A stretch of DNA of 64,000 nt from an uncultured virus (IMG/VR IMGVR_UViG_3300029985_000693). Its lineage: Duplodnaviria; Heunggongvirae; Uroviricota; Caudoviricetes. The notes beneath the pieces were generated by a model. It made no database searches. It worked only from the letters and a program-made list of their open reading frames with translations, and was not told the DNA's origin. Where the stretch lies: positions 1-64,000 of the IMG/VR virus record IMGVR_UViG_3300029985_000693. One strand, written 5' to 3'. Shown here piece by piece: positions 37,841 to 48,938 of this stretch (within the stretch, counting starts at the first letter, position 1; each line of letters starts with the position of its first letter). The translations under genes and the position numbers were made by a program.

Positions 37841-40375
37841 ATGGCTACTACTTATGCAAATCCACCCCAAGATACCACTCCGCTAGATACTATAGACCAC
37901 ACAATCATTCCGATTGGTGGTAACAATCTCAATCCTACCCTATTTGCCCAGGTAGGCACGGATGCCACCTTATGGAATAAAGCTTTCCCTTATAGATTTC
38001 AGATACTTGAACAGGATCCCATTAAAGGTCTAATGAATACAGGTAGATATTTCGACCTACCCATCCCACCGGAAGCTTTGGAAATCAACACACCCTTTGC
38101 CATTAATACATCTGTAACCCTAAATGGTATTATAGAACAACACAATGCGTTCCCATTGCTCAATATCTTTCTTAGGGGCTCTACGGGTGTATTAAACAAA
38201 CTAAACGTAAGGACTGGGAGTAATCAATTACCAGCCAAAGGTATTCTTGCTGGTACAATAAACGCTGTAAATGCCTTTGCTAAAGATATTAAAAGCTTAA
38301 ATGCACAACCAGGACCAAATACGGCTATTTATTCTCCTTCACTGATAGGAAATACAGATTTTTCAGGAAGCGGTCAGTCTCTTTCAGATGCAGTAACTGG
38401 AGCTGTTAATGCCTCTTTGGCTGGAACCGGCTATTCCAGGTTCCTGGCCTTACGTAACTTCTTAGAATCATACGCTATTTTGAAGAAACAACAAGCCTAC
38501 CAAGGATATCGATTAGCATTTACCACCTACAAAGACCAATATAGTTATATTTGTACTCCCAAGATGTTCCGTATGGTAAGATCTGCGGAAAGTCCTTTCG
38601 AGTTTAAATACGAAATACAATTGGAATCTTGGCAAAGAATCAAAGCTGACCAAATTAAACCAAATTTTAGCGGTCAGCATCGTGCATCGCAAGCCAATAA
38701 TAGTACTTGGCAAAACATACTGAAATACGTTCAATTAGGATTGACCTTACTAAACGACCTTTCCGGTATAATTTCAGGTGTAATCAGTGACGTTCAAGGC
38801 ATTTTGAATGTTGTTAGGGAAATATCATTATTCCTTAAGAATCTGGTAGGAGTAGCGTTACAAGCTGCCGACATGCCTGCGGTCATTGTTAATAACCTAA
38901 AAAATGCTATTTTAGCTTCTATAAATAATATAGCTACCGCTACTGCTGGTTCCAATGGTCAATTTCCGTCCAGTCAACAAGTTCAAGCAGATTATCAAGC
39001 CTGTTTAAGATGGTGGACGACCCAGCAAATGGTTAATCCAATAGTGATAAACGGTCCTGTTAACAATATGTTAAGGACTAATGTGGATTACATATTTGAA
39101 AATCCAAGCCAGCACTATGGGTTTTTCAACTCTATTGCTTTGAATAGTCTAAACAACATGACTTCAGCTATACAAGCTCAAATCAATACAGAGATTCAAA
39201 ATGTATCGGCTTACAGTGTGGTTGATTTTAAGAACGCAGTAGCCACCCTACAGAACGCATCGAATGTATATGCTCAAGCGGTAGGAGCTAGTGACCCAAC
39301 CTATATAGAAACCTACCAATTGGGATCTGTAAATCAAATAAGGGACACACCTACAGATGATGATTATGCGGTATTAAATACCATTAATGATATGATCATT
39401 CAAACCAACAATATAATAGCAGCTCTACAAAGCAATACAAACATCACAACACCTCAAGCGGTTACATTTGTTGCAAATCTAGCAAATCAGGCCGGAATAC
39501 CGTTTGATATTCCTTTAAGTAAATATCCAATTCCATTTCCTTACGGTGGAACCCTTGAAATGATAGCTCAAAATTACCTAGGAGATCCAGATAAATGGAT
39601 AGAAATAGCCACCCTGAATGGCTTAAGGTCTCCCTATGTAGACGAAATAGGATTTTTGCTAGATTTAACCACCAATGGCAACAACGACACTATTACCGTA
39701 GCGGATGTAAGCAATCTAATACTAGGGCAAACAGTATGGATTGGTTCCAATACGGTGCCAGTACAATCCAGGTCTATTTTGGCAATTAATAATCTAAGTC
39801 CAGATAGCTGGTCTGTGACCTTGGATGGTCCAGATGATCTAGGTATACTAAAAACTAGTGACAATGCCTATTTACATGCATTTTTACCATTTACCGTAAA
39901 CTCACAAGGATTCGTAGCTATTCCATCTCAAAATCCACCGGTTGGAGCTAGCGATCCTGTATCTAGAAACGATCAAATCAGTGTTGCCCAGCAAATATTC
40001 GATGCTGCTGGTACAGATTTATTAATAGACTCCGACAACGACCTAATTATAACTCAAAACGGTGATTGCAGATTAAGCCAAGGTGTCCAAAATATCATCC
40101 AAACCCTCAAAATTCTTATCGAATTACCAAGAGGGTCTCTCCTACATCACCCTACAATAGGTGTAAATCTAGTAGGTGGCAGTTTGGCAGACCTGAGCGC
40201 TACAGACATAGCATCTACCATCAAAACAGCTATAGATCAAGATGGTTTTTTCAGCAATTGGACATATTCCGTTACAGTAAAGGTTGACTCCAATTGGGCC
40301 AATGTAACCATTAACCTAAATGTAAGCAATGTACAACAATTACTGCCAATTACATTCAAGCTAAACATTAACTAA
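37841..40375 (+). CDS. Multidomain baseplate protein with LysM and C-terminal gp25-like domain
   Basis: TLEMIAQNYLGDPDKWIEIATLNGL (LysM); GVQNIIQTLKILI..PRGSLLHHPTIG (gp25/W-like). Confidence 0.7.
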   Translation: MATTYANPPQDTTPLDTIDHTIIPIGGNNLNPTLFAQVGTDATLWNKAFPYRFQILEQDPIKGLMNTGRYFDLPIPPEALEINTPFAINTSVTLNGIIEQHNAFPLLNIFLRGSTGVLNKLNVRTGSNQLPAKGILAGTINAVNAFAKDIKSLNAQPGPNTAIYSPSLIGNTDFSGSGQSLSDAVTGAVNASLAGTGYSRFLALRNFLESYAILKKQQAYQGYRLAFTTYKDQYSYICTPKMFRMVRSAESPFEFKYEIQLESWQRIKADQIKPNFSGQHRASQANNSTWQNILKYVQLGLTLLNDLSGIISGVISDVQGILNVVREISLFLKNLVGVALQAADMPAVIVNNLKNAILASINNIATATAGSNGQFPSSQQVQADYQACLRWWTTQQMVNPIVINGPVNNMLRTNVDYIFENPSQHYGFFNSIALNSLNNMTSAIQAQINTEIQNVSAYSVVDFKNAVATLQNASNVYAQAVGASDPTYIETYQLGSVNQIRDTPTDDDYAVLNTINDMIIQTNNIIAALQSNTNITTPQAVTFVANLANQAGIPFDIPLSKYPIPFPYGGTLEMIAQNYLGDPDKWIEIATLNGLRSPYVDEIGFLLDLTTNGNNDTITVADVSNLILGQTVWIGSNTVPVQSRSILAINNLSPDSWSVTLDGPDDLGILKTSDNAYLHAFLPFTVNSQGFVAIPSQNPPVGASDPVSRNDQISVAQQIFDAAGTDLLIDSDNDLIITQNGDCRLSQGVQNIIQTLKILIELPRGSLLHHPTIGVNLVGGSLADLSATDIASTIKTAIDQDGFFSNWTYSVTVKVDSNWANVTINLNVSNVQQLLPITFKLNIN

Positions 40376-40405
40376 GCACCAATTTTATCATCAGAACCCC
40401 AAATT

Positions 40406-43400
40406 ATGGCAAACTCTCCCCAACCACAGCCGTTGTCGTATCAACAATTGCTAGGTAATAGCGTAAATACGCTTTTAACCAAGCTTGGTCTATCCGGTTT
40501 AACTGTCGGAGGTCCCCTATTATCAGTAATGGAGACCGTAGCTACCGGTCAGGCACGCACCAATGCCGACCTGTTTGCCATGTTGGCTTCTCAGGACTTG
40601 GACAATTGCACTGGAACCGCCCTAATTAATCGGGGAGCAGATGAGGGCTTGACTCCCATCAATGCCACCTACGCCCAGCAAAACAACCTAGTAATTACAG
40701 ATACTTCTTTTACTCCAATTACTTCTTCTGTATACCAAGGGGCTCCAGCCCCAATTGCGGGAAGTTCGGCTGTAGTGATCTTGACTAATACCTCATTCCC
40801 TTCTACCGGAGCTATTTACATCGGTAGGGGTACTCTGAACTACGAAGGCCCTTTAAATTATAGTTCCATAACAAATTCAGGTGCTTACTCTACTATTAAT
40901 TTGACTACCCCCACAACCCGTTACCACAACAAGGGTGAATCAGTAATTCTATCTCAAGGTGGAAGTCGGTTAATCCAAACCGGTACTATTTGCTCCACCC
41001 AGCCAAACAACAACGTATCAGTAGCCCAATACAGTATTTTGAATGATTACACCATTTTAGATGGTGATAATACCTTGGGTGGTATAGCGATTATAGCTCT
41101 AAATCCTGGAAGTGGTGGGAATGCCGCTGCTAATAGTATTACATATTTCCCAACCCCTCCGTTCAATGGTGCTACTATTAACAATCCACAGCCACTCACC
41201 AATGGGTTAGACCAAGAATCAGAAGACTCCTTCCGGCAACGTATAAAAGACGTTATCTCCAGCCGGAACACTGGTACCAACCTAGCCATTACGACCGCCG
41301 TTACAGGGGCTACGGCTCCAGACGAGTCAGCTGTAGTGGTATCAGCTACCACCTATGCCAGTCCGGTAAACACATTATATATTGATGATGGAACCGGTTA
41401 CGAAGAGAAATCCGAAGGAATTGGGCTTGAAACCATTTATGTGGATCCTAGCGGTGGAAGCCAATACGTTGGCCTTACCGGTGGGACCCCAATGGCTAAG
41501 GCTTTCGTTCAAACAACGATTCAAGAACCATACGCTTTGGTCGATGGAGCCGAACTAAGGGTGGCGGTAAACGGAGTAGCCTACAGCGTATTCTTTGACA
41601 GTTATGAGTTTAACAATATTAACAATGCTACGGCCTATGAGGTAGTTGCGGCTATCAATAACGACCCCCAAGCTCCGTTTTTAGCCAGAGTTTGCAATGT
41701 TGGTAATTCAGTAGCCATTCAAGCTAAAGCCGACACAGACGAAGACATTCAAGTTGTATCAGCTTTAAGCACAATTGATGCCAATAATTACCTACAGTTC
41801 CCTCTAACGCATACCTATACGTTAGATCTATACAAAAACGACCGTCTACTAAGTAAAGACGGAGTGTTAGCCCAAGTATACTCTGCCGACCAATCTGTTT
41901 GGGGTGGTATTTCAGATGGAGCTACTTTAGATATAGCCATAGATGGAACCTCTACCCAATCAATAACCTTTACCAATGCAGATTTTATTGCGTTAGGACA
42001 GTTGGGGGTAAGTGCTTCTGTTCCCTTGAGCATATGGGCTCAAGTATTTAATAACAAAATAGCCGGTATCACCGCTACCGTACAAAATGGACAATTATTG
42101 GTAACTTCCAATGCCGGACCGGTTAGCAGGGCTGAAGTATCTATCATAAGTGGTTCTTTAATTACGTCTGGTATGTTTATTGTACAAACAGCCATGGGTC
42201 AACCAAATGATTACACCCTTAATAGAAATACAGCTACTATTAGTTTGACCAATCCACTACTAATCGGAGATACCCTATCGGCCGGTAGTGAATACACTCG
42301 CAGTTATATTAAAAGCCAATCATTTACAACCATAACCACCCCAACGGGAACATCCAATCAGTGGTGGGTTGTAGATGGTAATGTAAATATCATTCAAACT
42401 GGTCTAAATAACAATATATCTATAGCGGTAACATACAATTCAGCTAGGAATTCAACTACCTTAACTGACTCTACCTTTGGTACTGCTTTTTCAACCCTAT
42501 CAGATGGCGATTGGATTATAGTTTGGGACCCAAGTTTAGCCGGAGTGGGAATATCGGGTGTTTTTCGGGTATATTCTTGCAATCCAGCTTCCATTTCTTT
42601 CCGTCAAGCATCCACTCCTACTGTTGGTAGTATTACCATGTCAAACAATGGAGTTACAGCCTTGAGTTGTACCGCTCCAATACAGAAGTTCACAGTAAGC
42701 TCATCAACAACCTATTCTGCCGCTACGCTGCTAAATCTATACCTAGCTCAGCTAGAAGGGGTAGATGTTTACCAAACCAACACGACCAGCTTAAGGGTAG
42801 CCACCAAGACGTGGGGAACTTCTGGTCAAATAGCTTTGGTTGCCGCTGATTTAAATGGCCAATTATTGCCATTTAGTACTGGAATTGTATCCAATCAGTT
42901 TTACCATTATGGATTTGATGTCTCTAAATCTGTACTAGGAACCCCGGAATTCTACTGGTTGGGACAAACTGGCTCCCCTAGTGGTTCTACCATACCTGTT
43001 GATTATGCCCAAGCTAGCTTTATTGGTCTACAGGCTAATTATGAGGATCCAATAAAACTTGGGATAGGACCTCCCACAAGTGCCTGGAACGCATTGTTAA
43101 CTTCCGATAAATACAGTTTCAATAATATTTACGATTTCACCAGTACTTCAATCACTACGGATACCATTACCAATCCATCTATAACAAATGACAGTTTGTT
43201 TTTAACTAATCCTTTTGCCTTGTTACCAACAGACACCCTAGATGTAGTATTTGATGGCGACAATACCTCCAAGAACTACTCGGTACCATTAGGGTATCCA
43301 GTAAAGCCATACTCTCCATCCCCTTCAGATGTAGGTTGGTATCAAACCAATAGTTATCTAACAAATCCAGACGGTACGTCCCTAAATGTACAGTTTGGCA

Positions 43401-46102
43401 ATTCAAATGATTTTAGTCAATACAAGATATTTGCCCATCCAAGGACCTATCTCCAATACCCTCCAAGTTCCAATACGGAAACTCAAGGAATGTTGTTTAG
43501 ATTAAATACCTATGGTTCTTCAGCGGGTACATTCTATAATAACCAGAACAACTTTAGTGGAAATACCTACGTTCAGTACGTAAATCCACCGGTACCCAAC
43601 GCTCCTGTAACTGTTACTGCTGGACCGCAAGTAAGTGGTACGCCCCCTTACAATCTAGATGGATTTGTAATTAATATAGCCCTACCATCAACTCCCCAAT
43701 TAACTGGATTCCAACCCCAACCCTTATGGGCTGCGGAGTACATAGCTGGCTCTTCAACCTCACCCCAAGGTGCAGCCATTATGATGTGTGGCGTTACTGG
43801 AAATGCCACGTATATTAGTTCTAATCTTTGGAGTTTTTCAGTTACAGCTAATGCTTATACCGGAAATCATCACTTCAAAAATGGGGACTATTTTTATATA
43901 TTTTCTGGTTCTGGATTACCTGCGGGCCAATGCCAAGTTCAAGCTGCTGGATTAACTTCTACTGGTTTTGAGTTTGTTTATGTAATTGCAAATGGAAGCA
44001 CGGCAAGTTCAACCAACTCCGTATTGGTTGCCATACCCAACCCCACATACGTACCGGCCACGCCAGCTTGGGGTACCGGAGCGGGACCTGGAGATTTGAT
44101 GTCCTTTTATGGGGCTGGATTCAACAATGCTTTTCTCGATAATGCATTTAGAATCAAAGCCATGGATAATACCAATAGGTTGTGGGTATTAATTTATGGT
44201 GATTACACTTTGTTTGCATCCTTGGGTACGACCTTAAACTACACGACCCTACAACAACCCAACTCACTCTACGCTCCAGACCTTAGCCAAACAACTGCCA
44301 ATTCTGCATTTGCCAACCTAATAAATAGTGCCCCTGGCAATCAATGGGTGACAGCGGCTGCTCCAGTCTGGACTCTTAGCGCCGGACCAGTCACTCAAGT
44401 GAGTGAATCATCTAGCGATCGTTTGTGGTTTCTCGGAGACACCTATTTTGACCAGGGTTTATTTACAGGAGGGGATTTCTATGTGGAATCGTCTGTATAC
44501 AACCCAGGTTCAGCACCAAATGAATACCAATTACAAAGTGGTGTTTTCGCTACGGTCCCAAATCCATCCAACTCGGCATGGGCTACAAACGAAGACTGGC
44601 CATACGAAACAGCATATTTAGTGCCAGTAACCATTAAAAGTTTATTGAATTACCTTAATAATCTCTCCATTAATGGTATTAGTAATACCGGGAACGTAGA
44701 AGCCGCCAATAATATGTTGGAACTACAGATTAATACCGACACTATTGGATCTACCGGTAGTGTGCAAATATCTGCCACTAAGGGCAATACCGCTACCGCC
44801 TCTGTGGTTGGTATGGCCACGCCCCAACTTAATGGTAATTGTACCATGTTCGATGTAGAGACTTCCCAAGCGTTGGGTTTCTGTGCCAATCAATGGGTTT
44901 CTTTACAAAATACTACTCCGGTATCGTTGAACCTAGGTTTTGGTTCAACATCAACAATGACGGTTACCAATCCAACATCAACAACCAGTAGTCTTACGGT
45001 TGGTACTGCTGGTCAATGGGGAACCCAACTTGCTGATATATCGGGAGGAATATGGAGAGTAGAAAAACAAGGTAATTTCGCTTGCTATATACTAATGCCC
45101 GATAATTATTCCAGTTTTGGTGGACCAGACGAGCTATGCTGGGTTAATTTTGCAGATTCTGGTCTTCCGGCTGGGAATCAGGGATATTTCCGTATAGTAA
45201 ACTTCGTAAACAATGGTTCTTCTGGAGCCTTCAAACGTAACGCTATTTGGGTTGAAAATCCAAATGCGGTCGAGGGTGTTTATACTATTTCAGACGTATT
45301 TATTTACGACCAAAATTCAGTACGACCAGGAGACACTCTAAATATAAATGGAACAGTGCTTGGTGCGTCTGTTTCGGGGAGTTATAAAGTATCTGAAATC
45401 ACAGATGCCGGAACCGTAACAACCATAACAGTTACCGGAAACATACCAGCCCAAGGACCTGTAACCCTATCGGGTTCAACTTATGGTCAATTCCAGGTAG
45501 TACCTCAAAAACCAGCTAGATTAATTGAAAAGCTAGCATACGTTCAACCGGATGGAGCCAATATTGGTTATACATTAATGGGTATTTGCTCCGGAAACGG
45601 GTCAGAATACATCTCTGCGGCCCTGGGAACGGTAGTGACAGCCTTGGACAAGCTAGATTTCAATACGGATCTTCTAAGTGGTATCGATGCCTACAGAGTA
45701 AATACAGGTCTAATAGCCCAATGCAACAAAATAGTATATGGAGATCCATCCGATACGGTAACATTTCCAGGAGTATTAAGCTCTGGTACCAATATAAATA
45801 TAAATGGTCCAATTGTAACCAGGGTTGTATTAAGCATGGCTGTTAGAATAGTTCAAGGAATCCAAAACAACATCGTTCCTCAAGTACAGAACGCTGTTAC
45901 TCAGTTGATTAATTCAAACACCATAGGAACTCCAATAGCTCTAAGCTCAATAATCGATGCGGCCAGCAATGTTCCAGGAGTGGAATCGGTCGTAATGATA
46001 TCTCCCCCCTTAACAGATTCTACAGATACCATTTCGGTTCAACCATACGAAAAGGCTATGGTAATTAACGTAAACGATATAGCGGTAAGTGTGTTATCCT
46101 AA
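40406..46102 (+). CDS. Baseplate J / gp6-like wedge protein with a very large central insertion
   Basis: LDNCTGTALINRG; ALNPGSGGN; NGLDQESEDSFRQRI; C-terminal IGTPIALSSIIDAASNVPGVESV. Confidence 0.85.
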   Translation: MANSPQPQPLSYQQLLGNSVNTLLTKLGLSGLTVGGPLLSVMETVATGQARTNADLFAMLASQDLDNCTGTALINRGADEGLTPINATYAQQNNLVITDTSFTPITSSVYQGAPAPIAGSSAVVILTNTSFPSTGAIYIGRGTLNYEGPLNYSSITNSGAYSTINLTTPTTRYHNKGESVILSQGGSRLIQTGTICSTQPNNNVSVAQYSILNDYTILDGDNTLGGIAIIALNPGSGGNAAANSITYFPTPPFNGATINNPQPLTNGLDQESEDSFRQRIKDVISSRNTGTNLAITTAVTGATAPDESAVVVSATTYASPVNTLYIDDGTGYEEKSEGIGLETIYVDPSGGSQYVGLTGGTPMAKAFVQTTIQEPYALVDGAELRVAVNGVAYSVFFDSYEFNNINNATAYEVVAAINNDPQAPFLARVCNVGNSVAIQAKADTDEDIQVVSALSTIDANNYLQFPLTHTYTLDLYKNDRLLSKDGVLAQVYSADQSVWGGISDGATLDIAIDGTSTQSITFTNADFIALGQLGVSASVPLSIWAQVFNNKIAGITATVQNGQLLVTSNAGPVSRAEVSIISGSLITSGMFIVQTAMGQPNDYTLNRNTATISLTNPLLIGDTLSAGSEYTRSYIKSQSFTTITTPTGTSNQWWVVDGNVNIIQTGLNNNISIAVTYNSARNSTTLTDSTFGTAFSTLSDGDWIIVWDPSLAGVGISGVFRVYSCNPASISFRQASTPTVGSITMSNNGVTALSCTAPIQKFTVSSSTTYSAATLLNLYLAQLEGVDVYQTNTTSLRVATKTWGTSGQIALVAADLNGQLLPFSTGIVSNQFYHYGFDVSKSVLGTPEFYWLGQTGSPSGSTIPVDYAQASFIGLQANYEDPIKLGIGPPTSAWNALLTSDKYSFNNIYDFTSTSITTDTITNPSITNDSLFLTNPFALLPTDTLDVVFDGDNTSKNYSVPLGYPVKPYSPSPSDVGWYQTNSYLTNPDGTSLNVQFGNSNDFSQYKIFAHPRTYLQYPPSSNTETQGMLFRLNTYGSSAGTFYNNQNNFSGNTYVQYVNPPVPNAPVTVTAGPQVSGTPPYNLDGFVINIALPSTPQLTGFQPQPLWAAEYIAGSSTSPQGAAIMMCGVTGNATYISSNLWSFSVTANAYTGNHHFKNGDYFYIFSGSGLPAGQCQVQAAGLTSTGFEFVYVIANGSTASSTNSVLVAIPNPTYVPATPAWGTGAGPGDLMSFYGAGFNNAFLDNAFRIKAMDNTNRLWVLIYGDYTLFASLGTTLNYTTLQQPNSLYAPDLSQTTANSAFANLINSAPGNQWVTAAAPVWTLSAGPVTQVSESSSDRLWFLGDTYFDQGLFTGGDFYVESSVYNPGSAPNEYQLQSGVFATVPNPSNSAWATNEDWPYETAYLVPVTIKSLLNYLNNLSINGISNTGNVEAANNMLELQINTDTIGSTGSVQISATKGNTATASVVGMATPQLNGNCTMFDVETSQALGFCANQWVSLQNTTPVSLNLGFGSTSTMTVTNPTSTTSSLTVGTAGQWGTQLADISGGIWRVEKQGNFACYILMPDNYSSFGGPDELCWVNFADSGLPAGNQGYFRIVNFVNNGSSGAFKRNAIWVENPNAVEGVYTISDVFIYDQNSVRPGDTLNINGTVLGASVSGSYKVSEITDAGTVTTITVTGNIPAQGPVTLSGSTYGQFQVVPQKPARLIEKLAYVQPDGANIGYTLMGICSGNGSEYISAALGTVVTALDKLDFNTDLLSGIDAYRVNTGLIAQCNKIVYGDPSDTVTFPGVLSSGTNININGPIVTRVVLSMAVRIVQGIQNNIVPQVQNAVTQLINSNTIGTPIALSSIIDAASNVPGVESVVMISPPLTDSTDTISVQPYEKAMVINVNDIAVSVLS

Positions 46103-46105
46103 TAT

Positions 46106-47449
46106 ATGGCATTTACAGTTACAAACTCAGTTCAAAATAGTAACTTTTCGATCAGGTTAACCTTTTCGTTGCCACCTAGAGCTTTAGGGGATGGAAACTT
46201 TGCCGATGCATTAAATCCTATAAATTATCTGATTAAATCACCAAGTGCGGCTACTGCTCCTACTAGCAACATAAATACAGTTCCAGGAGATCCTCTATCT
46301 ATAGACTTGGTATTCACTCAAATATTAAACACGGGTAATTATCTGGTTCAAGTAGGACCCAATATCGAATCAGCGGGTAACTTACCGGAATCTATAGGTA
46401 TTATTACCAATCTAACGGTGCCCATAGATATATCTATACCCCAAAGCCTTACGGTTGGAATAGACGCCCAAACAAGCGAAACGCAATTAATGGATAATTT
46501 CAATTTAGCCCTTAGGGGTGACAATTGGACTGCCTTGATTTCTTCTTTGGCCGTTGGACAACAAGCCATATCTGAAAACTCAGAAGCTGTATTTAATCAA
46601 TTATTCTACTCTACAGCTCAAGGACAATATCTAGACAAAAAGATGGCTGAGATTAACTTAACCAGACCTATAAATTTTGGTTTAAATGATGAGGTATTTA
46701 GAGAAGTTGGATTGGTTACAAAAAACCATAAGCTGTTAAATAGTTCTATTTGGAAAATACTAGACGCCTATTACGGCGACAACGAAGTTAAAGTATTTCA
46801 AGAAACCACCACATTCCAACCATGGGCTCTATCCAATGGGCAGCAATTATTCATACAAATAGATGGTTTTCCAATGATTAAAGCAACATTTAATACGGCT
46901 AATTTTACAGATATAGCCAATGCCACAGCTATAGAATGTGCGGGAGTAATCAATAGAGCCTTTACGTTAAACAATATAAACGCTTATGCTATAGATTATT
47001 TCAATCCAGAAGATTCAAATACATATTTACGTATATTTTCAAATACATACAGTTTGGCTGCGGACGTAAGGATATTGGGTGGTGAAGCTCAAAATGAGTT
47101 CCTTTTTGCTCTGTTGGTCGGAAGGTCGTTGGGAGAACTACCAACCGTTCCTACTTGGCATATAGTCCCTCAAGGCAACGGAATAGTTAGAATGACTTAC
47201 TATGCTGGACCGACTCCTGATATTTCTGGGGTACAAGTAGGAGATTACCTTAATTTTTATGGTACAACAACAACTAATAGGGGTACCTGGGTTATAACAG
47301 CTATATATGTAGATCCAGTATCCAATACCTATTGGTTTGAATTTTTCAATCTAAATGGAGTTACAGAGACATTTATAGAATCCACAAATACTGATTTGAT
47401 GTTCTTTAGACCGGTTAGGGGAAGTGTTCAGAAGGGGTATGTAGTATAA
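46106..47449 (+). CDS. Baseplate wedge protein (P2 gpI / gp7-like)
   Basis: QLFYSTAQGQYLD...RP...LNDEVFR motif; follows the J gene. Confidence 0.6.
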   Translation: MAFTVTNSVQNSNFSIRLTFSLPPRALGDGNFADALNPINYLIKSPSAATAPTSNINTVPGDPLSIDLVFTQILNTGNYLVQVGPNIESAGNLPESIGIITNLTVPIDISIPQSLTVGIDAQTSETQLMDNFNLALRGDNWTALISSLAVGQQAISENSEAVFNQLFYSTAQGQYLDKKMAEINLTRPINFGLNDEVFREVGLVTKNHKLLNSSIWKILDAYYGDNEVKVFQETTTFQPWALSNGQQLFIQIDGFPMIKATFNTANFTDIANATAIECAGVINRAFTLNNINAYAIDYFNPEDSNTYLRIFSNTYSLAADVRILGGEAQNEFLFALLVGRSLGELPTVPTWHIVPQGNGIVRMTYYAGPTPDISGVQVGDYLNFYGTTTTNRGTWVITAIYVDPVSNTYWFEFFNLNGVTETFIESTNTDLMFFRPVRGSVQKGYVV

Positions 47450-48417
47450 TGTCAGATAATTCAATACTGGTTGTATTACCTGTAACTACTACCTCTTTAT
47501 CCAGGGAAGAGGGTACAGGCTCTTACCTGCACGCCTCCACTGTACACAACATAACAGACTATTCGATTACCATAGCCTCCAACCAAACCACAGCCAGCAT
47601 CATAGTGACTACGGTAGACAACCACGGCCTACAAGTTGGCGATTGGGTGTTTATCGATGGAGTACAATGGCCAGTCACTTTGGTTAGTGGAGATTGGGTT
47701 ATCAATGGAAACGATCCATCCATTATTTTTGCTGCGGGTAGATTAAATGGATTATTCAGGGTCAGCATAATAGGTACCAGCACAATATTTGGTTTTAATA
47801 TAGAAAATACTATTTTAGGACCGTTACCAACCCAACATATTACCAATACAGGTACAGTGGCTGCTGTTGCACAACCAGTAAATACAGAGTTTCCGGGTCC
47901 TTATATATTTGATCCTGTCGATGGTATAAGTATAACCGATACCTCTACTGATATAGAACAATCAATTCCGGTTGGTTCCACCAATCCTGTCTTGACCGTA
48001 TCATCTACAAACGGCTGGCCAAATACTCCTGGCTGGGTAGCCATAGGATATGGTTCTAGTTATTTCGATAGGCCGATTAAATATGTAGGAGTGCAAGATT
48101 CTACCCATTTACAAATAGACCCCAACTATGTTTTTCCAAAGAACATAAGTTCTGGTACAGACGTAACCTTACTATACAGCAAGGCTCCTTGGATTCCTCC
48201 CAATATAACGTCAGTAGGGGCTTTTTGGGCTACCGCCAATACAGCCGGAGTAAATGCAGCCATTACGGATATAACAGCCATAGTTGCTTCAGGAGTGGAT
48301 TTGACCTTTGACGTTATTTATCCAGGAGATACAGGCTTGGGGGCCGCAGGTTATCCTACCAGTGGTAACGGTAAATTATCAAGTATTACGCAGGTATACG
48401 ATATTAACGGGGAATAA
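47449..48417 (+). CDS. Baseplate/tail-associated structural protein
   Basis: TTVDNHGLQVGDWVFIDGV beta domain; IVASGVDLTFDVIYP C-terminus; TAATG coupling. Confidence 0.55.
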   Translation: MSDNSILVVLPVTTTSLSREEGTGSYLHASTVHNITDYSITIASNQTTASIIVTTVDNHGLQVGDWVFIDGVQWPVTLVSGDWVINGNDPSIIFAAGRLNGLFRVSIIGTSTIFGFNIENTILGPLPTQHITNTGTVAAVAQPVNTEFPGPYIFDPVDGISITDTSTDIEQSIPVGSTNPVLTVSSTNGWPNTPGWVAIGYGSSYFDRPIKYVGVQDSTHLQIDPNYVFPKNISSGTDVTLLYSKAPWIPPNITSVGAFWATANTAGVNAAITDITAIVASGVDLTFDVIYPGDTGLGAAGYPTSGNGKLSSITQVYDINGE

Positions 48418-48864
48418 ATGACCCAAGCTGCTTCCAATAAAGTAATGGGTGGTTCCCAAATACTGGTATTTATTAACGGATTTCCATGGGGAAACTGCCG
48501 TAGCATAAGGTTGCGTATCGTAAACACATCCAAAAAGCTGTTTGGATTAGATAGCGCCTTTCCTTTTGATAACATCCCTACCACAATACAGGTAGATGGA
48601 ACCATAGAACTATATAAACTGGTGGGGGATGGAGGGTTGGAGGGACAAGAAATAACAGCCCCTCCTCTTTTGGTTCAAAACTCCATGTTTGCCAGCATAA
48701 TTTTAATAAACAGAATAAGCCAAGAAGTGATATTTCGTTCCGATACCTGTTTGGTCCAATCTCAAGATTGGGATATACCCTCCAGAGGTATAATTAGTGG
48801 GTCAGTAGGCTTTACGGCCATCGATTGGACCAGCGACGGTATCCAACTAGAAAGCACGATTTAA
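48418..48864 (+). CDS. Tube-like baseplate protein (tube initiator)
   Basis: GSQILVFING...GLDS..P...V.G...F.A pattern parallels the tube protein. Confidence 0.55.
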   Translation: MTQAASNKVMGGSQILVFINGFPWGNCRSIRLRIVNTSKKLFGLDSAFPFDNIPTTIQVDGTIELYKLVGDGGLEGQEITAPPLLVQNSMFASIILINRISQEVIFRSDTCLVQSQDWDIPSRGIISGSVGFTAIDWTSDGIQLESTI

Positions 48865-48875
48865 AAGGATAGACT

Positions 48876-48938
48876 ATGAAAAAACAACAACTTGAAAATC
48901 CAAAAATGGCTAAAAAAGAACAAAAAGGCGGTATATAA
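48876..48938 (+). CDS. Possible 20-aa peptide MKKQQLENPKMAKKEQKGGI coupled to the tail fibre gene
   Basis: AAGGA upstream; stop overlaps the next ATG (TAATG). Confidence 0.3.
   Translation: MKKQQLENPKMAKKEQKGGI

Noticed and set aside
46106..48417. Single baseplate gene broken by a frameshift
   Set aside because: The junction is an ordinary TAATG coupling like many others here; cannot be supported without homologues
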